Source: Terriglobales bacterium (GTDB lineage: Bacteria; Acidobacteriota; Terriglobia; Terriglobales; Acidobacteriaceae). From it: DNA of 64,000 nt. The notes under the pieces are model-generated. The model made no database searches and had not been told where the DNA came from. It saw only the letters and a list, made by a program, of their open reading frames with translations. Positions 60,051 to 64,000 of this stretch are shown in pieces. The position numbers and the translations under genes are program-made. The stretch covers positions 37,173-101,172 of the forward strand of contig DATHMF010000106.1 of assembly GCA_035487355.1 (NCBI GenBank), written 5' to 3'. Numbering within the stretch: the first letter of the stretch is position 1; the number at the start of each line of letters is the position of its first letter.

Positions 60051-62858
60051 TTAGAAGGTTGTGCTGACGGTGAAGCGAAAGGTCTTGCGCGGGTCAGCCA
60101 ACTTGTAATTGGGCGAAAAGGCCGCCAAAGAGTTCAGATATGTAAAATCGCCGGCCGCACCGGGAGGGAACATGTCGCGAGTAATCTGATTGGGTGTGTG
60201 CGTGAAGGTATCCATCGCCAGCGGATTAATAGCGTAGTAAATGCGGAAGGGCTGATTGATGATGGGCATCAGCACTTGCAGCTCCAATCCAGTGGACATG
60301 CGAGGCGTGAAGTTTGTTCCTGACACCGGCTTCAGGTCGGGAGAGAACGACGGTAGGACCCTGCCCTGGCAATTGAAGTTGACATCGAAGGTAGCGCAGC
60401 CGAAAGCGGTGGTGTTCAAATTATTGAGCTGGCTGGTGCTGAGGCGCAACTGCGATTGGCGGGCGATGAAATCAACGCCTGTATCCATAAAGGCGGCAAT
60501 AGCCACGGGACCCACGATGGGAACGCGGTATTCCAAATTGGTTACCAGGCTGGTATCGCCTCCGGGAAAGGTAATGCGCTGAATGGGAACCGTGATAAGC
60601 ACATTGCCACGAAGAGGATTGCTGGGATCAACCGGGACCGGCGTGCCATCGGGATTCGTCAGCGCGACGGTCGCCTTGTCGGGCAGGAATACAACCGGCG
60701 AAATTGCGCGGACGTCAAAGCCGCGAAGGTCGGTATCGCCGCCCAGGTAGAAGCGCTCGAGCGGCGGCGCCACAAGACCGCCGTACCCGCTAATAAATGA
60801 TGCCTGGACGCGGTAGCCGATCACATTGCGATGATGGTTGACCGAAACAAATCGCTTATATTCCATCACCGGACGCACGGAGCGCACGTTGCCGCCCAAT
60901 CCGGAAACTTCCAGGCCGGCAAATATGCTATGGCCTGAGCTTGGCCGCTGGTAATTGTCAATCGTGCTGACCGAGAACGTAGGAACGATCTTGCTGGTGA
61001 TCACGCCTTTTAACGCATCCGGTCCTGAAATGTTGCGGAATGCCAACGAGTCGAAGTATTGCTTGGAGGCATCGCTGAATGTTTGGATGCTGGAATTTTC
61101 GAGCGTATAGCTGATGCCCAAGCGCTTCAAAGAGCGCCGCAAAGGATAGCTCAACGAGGTACTGAAACCGGTTGTGGACTGAGTGAAATTCTGCAGGGTA
61201 TTCAGGACGGTGGTGGGCAGGTTGAGCTGCTGTCCGAGTTGAATTGATGTCTGCTTGGCCTGATCAAACTGGTAACGTTGCGAGTAAACGCTGAAGCTAA
61301 GCTGCAGCGGCCGGTCGAAAAGATAAGGTTGGGTAAAACCGAACTGCACATTACGTTCGCGGTTGCCGATATTGGCCGATATGGAGAGGGTTTCACCCAA
61401 TCCAAAAAGGTTGTTGGTTTCGTAGTTCACGCCAACGAATCCGCCCGCCAGACCGCTCACGCCGCCGGTCAATCCAATGCTGTTTTTGCCTTTCTCTTTC
61501 AGCTTCAGCGTGATATCAATGGTGCCGTCTTTTTCGTTCTTTTTGATTTCGGCATCCTGCTCGGCCTTGATCTGCTCGAAGTATCCAAGCTGGTTCAGGC
61601 GCAGGATACCGAACTCCCACGCCCGCTGGTTGTAAACCTGACCCTCTTCCAGGGGCAGCTCACGGCGAATCACTTTGTCGCGCGTGGTGGTGTTGCCCTG
61701 GAATTCAATGCGGCGCACATAGAACTGCTTGCCTTCATCAATATCAATGATAAGAGAGAGAAGTTTTTTGTCCTCGTCAATTTTTGTATCCGGCACCGGG
61801 GTAAAGTTGATGTATCCCAGGTCGCCATAAGCCTTGCGCATGTTCTCGATTCCCTTATGTACGCTCTCTGTATTAAAAATGTCTCCATCTTGCATAGGGA
61901 AGAGACCGCGCAGAGCCTTGGTGTTGGTAACCGCTTTATTGCCAGTGAAAGTAATACTGCCCAGACGATAGCGATCACCCTCTTCAATGGGCAGGGTGAT
62001 ATCCACTGCCTTACCCGGCCCGTGCTTGATTAAAGGTATGTTCAACAGGCCGCCTTTGGTGTCGCGCATTTTGGTTTGCGGGTCTCCCACTAGAGCCTTG
62101 AAATAACCCTTCACCTGGTAAGCCTGGCGGACCCGTTCGGCATCTTCTTCCAGCTTGCTGGAATCGAAGGTGCGCGCCATAAGATTTTCCAAAATAATCG
62201 AGCGCGGAATGCCGATGGGCTTCAAATTCTTCATCGCAGCGCGCAGCTCGCGGTCTTTGATGTGCTTGTTGCCGGTAAAGCGAATGGTCCCCACTTTGAC
62301 CTTGGGGCCCTCTTTGACCACAAAGGTCACGCCTACGGCCGAAGGCGGAATAGGATGCACCTCGGTGCGGATCGTGGCGAACTGATGTCCGTGCTCGGCC
62401 AGAAGCTCTTTGATAGTGACTTCCGCTTTTTTCACCTTGGTGGGGTCATACTGGTTCTCCACGGAAAGGCCTACTTTGGCCTGCTTGAAGCGATCAAGCA
62501 CATCGCTTTGGGAAACAGAGCTCAGGCCTTTGTATTCAATGGTGCGAATGGTGGGTTTTTCTCTTACGTAGATATGAAGGATCCAGCCTTTAGGGCTCTC
62601 CTCGCGTTCGAAACGGACATCGTCAAAATATCCCGTGTTCCACAGGGAGTTGAAGTCACGCTCCAGCGTTCCTTCATCGTAAACGTCACCTTCACGGGTA
62701 GCCAGACGGGCCTTAATGGTCTCGATAGGAATGCGGCGCTGGCCGTGAATCTGGATGCTCTGCACCAAGCCGGTTTCCTGCGCTCCGGCCATATGACCGA
62801 TCAGCGCCACCAGGGACAACAATGCTGCTGCGGCCCGTGCCATTCCATTTCTTCGCAT
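60051..62858 (-). CDS. bamA: Outer membrane protein assembly factor BamA
   Basis: Signal peptide. Five POTRA-like units are present (IQIHGQRRIPIETIKARL, IRTIEYKGLSSVSQSDV, VGTIRFTGNKHIKDREL, LGSITFTGNKAVTNTKAL, VRRIEFQGNTTTRDKVIRREL). A C-terminal Omp85 barrel follows (RFYLGGDTDLRGF). Confidence 0.93.
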   Translation of the reverse strand: MRRNGMARAAAALLSLVALIGHMAGAQETGLVQSIQIHGQRRIPIETIKARLATREGDVYDEGTLERDFNSLWNTGYFDDVRFEREESPKGWILHIYVREKPTIRTIEYKGLSSVSQSDVLDRFKQAKVGLSVENQYDPTKVKKAEVTIKELLAEHGHQFATIRTEVHPIPPSAVGVTFVVKEGPKVKVGTIRFTGNKHIKDRELRAAMKNLKPIGIPRSIILENLMARTFDSSKLEEDAERVRQAYQVKGYFKALVGDPQTKMRDTKGGLLNIPLIKHGPGKAVDITLPIEEGDRYRLGSITFTGNKAVTNTKALRGLFPMQDGDIFNTESVHKGIENMRKAYGDLGYINFTPVPDTKIDEDKKLLSLIIDIDEGKQFYVRRIEFQGNTTTRDKVIRRELPLEEGQVYNQRAWEFGILRLNQLGYFEQIKAEQDAEIKKNEKDGTIDITLKLKEKGKNSIGLTGGVSGLAGGFVGVNYETNNLFGLGETLSISANIGNRERNVQFGFTQPYLFDRPLQLSFSVYSQRYQFDQAKQTSIQLGQQLNLPTTVLNTLQNFTQSTTGFSTSLSYPLRRSLKRLGISYTLENSSIQTFSDASKQYFDSLAFRNISGPDALKGVITSKIVPTFSVSTIDNYQRPSSGHSIFAGLEVSGLGGNVRSVRPVMEYKRFVSVNHHRNVIGYRVQASFISGYGGLVAPPLERFYLGGDTDLRGFDVRAISPVVFLPDKATVALTNPDGTPVPVDPSNPLRGNVLITVPIQRITFPGGDTSLVTNLEYRVPIVGPVAIAAFMDTGVDFIARQSQLRLSTSQLNNLNTTAFGCATFDVNFNCQGRVLPSFSPDLKPVSGTNFTPRMSTGLELQVLMPIINQPFRIYYAINPLAMDTFTHTPNQITRDMFPPGAAGDFTYLNSLAAFSPNYKLADPRKTFRFTVSTTF

Positions 62859-63213
62859 AATCGAATTTTTGCGGCATGCTCTGCAAACCGCAGCAATTAC
62901 AGGACTTTTTAAAAGAAGGCCAGAAATATGAGGACCTCGACGTGGTATCAGGAAACGGTCATTATAAAGCAGATAGGTAGCCTAGGGCTACAACTTTGGT
63001 AACCGGGAGCCCCGTTCCTGTCCATCGTTAGACGCTAAAAAGTGGCCAAAGAGCTATTAATGCAAACGTAAAGAGTTTGATACCCAAGGCTTACCCCAGC
63101 GCTTCGCGCTGGGCTAAACTCTCCGTCGCGCCTACAGCACTTGAGAACATGGAAGAAAGCAAGATACAGCAAGACTTAAACAAGACTTAAAAAGGTATAG
63201 CGCAGATACTTTC

Positions 63214-63280
63214 GGCTCGCTTCACTCAGGATTTCGCCAGCAGGCTCCCGCTACGCTCACTCCTGCTCAACGGCTCAACA
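63214..63280 (+). repeat. Second copy of the GGATTTCGCCWGCAGGCTCCCGCTMCGCTCAC repeat
   Basis: Compare 20290-20353. On the minus strand it encodes the last 18 codons and the stop of the adjacent oxidoreductase ORF. Confidence 0.7.
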
Positions 63281-64000
63281 TCCACCAGCGTGGAGTAGAA
63301 GGTGGCGCCGCCACCGATATCCGTCAGCCGCTCGGAGGTGAGCACATTGATGCTCGTGGCATTGGGAGAGAGTTTGGCCCAATTCAGCCGGGTGGCAACC
63401 ACGCCCTGCTGGGTCTGGCCGTTTACATGTGCCTTCAACACCACAGAACCGCGGTCATTGAATACCCTTATCTTGTCGCCCTCACGGATGCCCCGCGCCT
63501 TGGCGTCCTCCACATGGATTTCCAGCAGTTCGGTCTGCTCCATGGCCTGAATCGACGGCAGATTGCTGAAGGTAGTGTTTAAAAAATTATCGGCTTTGCG
63601 CGAGAGCAGCTCCAAAGGATATTTCTTGGCGTGCTCGGTGTGCCGCGATTCGGTTGGCGGCACGAAGCGCACCACTGGATCCAAGCCTGTCTTGGCCAGG
63701 GATTCGCTATAAAGTTCGGCCTTGCCGCTGGCTGTAGGAAAATTTCCGTGGGCAAAGGGAAGAAATGGCCCATCCCCCAGCTTGAGACGGATGTGGCCTT
63801 CCTGCTCGAGGCGCGCGCGGTCAATCCCTTGCAGCCATGGGTTTTCACTCTGAAGCGCGACATCTATCATCTGGTCTGCGGTTTCATTGAAGCAGGGATC
63901 AACTTTCTCAAAACCGAAGCGGTGCGCCAGATCGCGGAACATATCCACGTTGCTGCGGCACTCGCCCAGTGGAGCTATGGCCTGGTGGGAGATTTGCAGG
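63226..64000 (-). CDS. C-terminal part of a molybdopterin (DMSO-reductase family) oxidoreductase; the gene continues past the window end
   Basis: The molybdopterin dinucleotide-binding beta-barrel segment reads LLEIHVEDAKARGIREGDKIRVFNDRGSVVLKAHVNGQTQQGVVA. The minus-strand frame stays open beyond the listed Met at 63948 to base 64000. Confidence 0.75.
   Translation of the reverse strand, partial: LQISHQAIAPLGECRSNVDMFRDLAHRFGFEKVDPCFNETADQMIDVALQSENPWLQGIDRARLEQEGHIRLKLGDGPFLPFAHGNFPTASGKAELYSESLAKTGLDPVVRFVPPTESRHTEHAKKYPLELLSRKADNFLNTTFSNLPSIQAMEQTELLEIHVEDAKARGIREGDKIRVFNDRGSVVLKAHVNGQTQQGVVATRLNWAKLSPNATSINVLTSERLTDIGGGATFYSTLVDVEPLSRSERSGSLLAKS

Overview
This is a 64 kb chromosomal window from a GC-rich diderm bacterium, most likely Acidobacteriota. 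The soft evidence for that is a TIGR03436-type VWFA-related acidobacterial domain protein, carboxypeptidase-regulatory-like repeat proteins, many secreted peptidases, and dense short intergenic repeats. No rRNA, CRISPR array, transposase or integrase is visible, and there is one tRNA-Ser(GCU). Most of the window is housekeeping or envelope content. This includes a SurA-like PPIase, AsmA, BamA-Skp-TonB, MurJ, divergent LigD/Ku (NHEJ), a hemE-hemH-hemY cluster, M1/MA/M61/M28 peptidases, a GH2 enzyme, a LemA pair and tandem acetamidases. The accessory-looking parts are as follows. (1) A LacI / GPH-transporter / giant secreted GH81 beta-1,3-glucanase locus, whose enzyme ends in a thaumatin-like domain broken by a frameshift at a G5 run. 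(2) A visibly A/T-richer island at about 28.0-32.2 kb. It holds an orphan two-gene operon (a coiled-coil protein plus a protein with a HEPN-like C-terminus) divergent from a small ORF plus an atypical PP2C phosphatase. This is my best candidate for an undescribed system. (3) A probable selenocysteine-containing peroxiredoxin, with UGA at the catalytic Cys position and a SECIS-like hairpin. (4) An orphan three-gene envelope operon at 40.2-43.2 kb. (5) A LemA gene paired with an M48-like protein that has lost all its zinc ligands. (6) Several families of interspersed repeats that bracket genes and supply the stop codons of hemE, hemH and hemY. All calls come from by-eye reading and motif recall; no database search was run.
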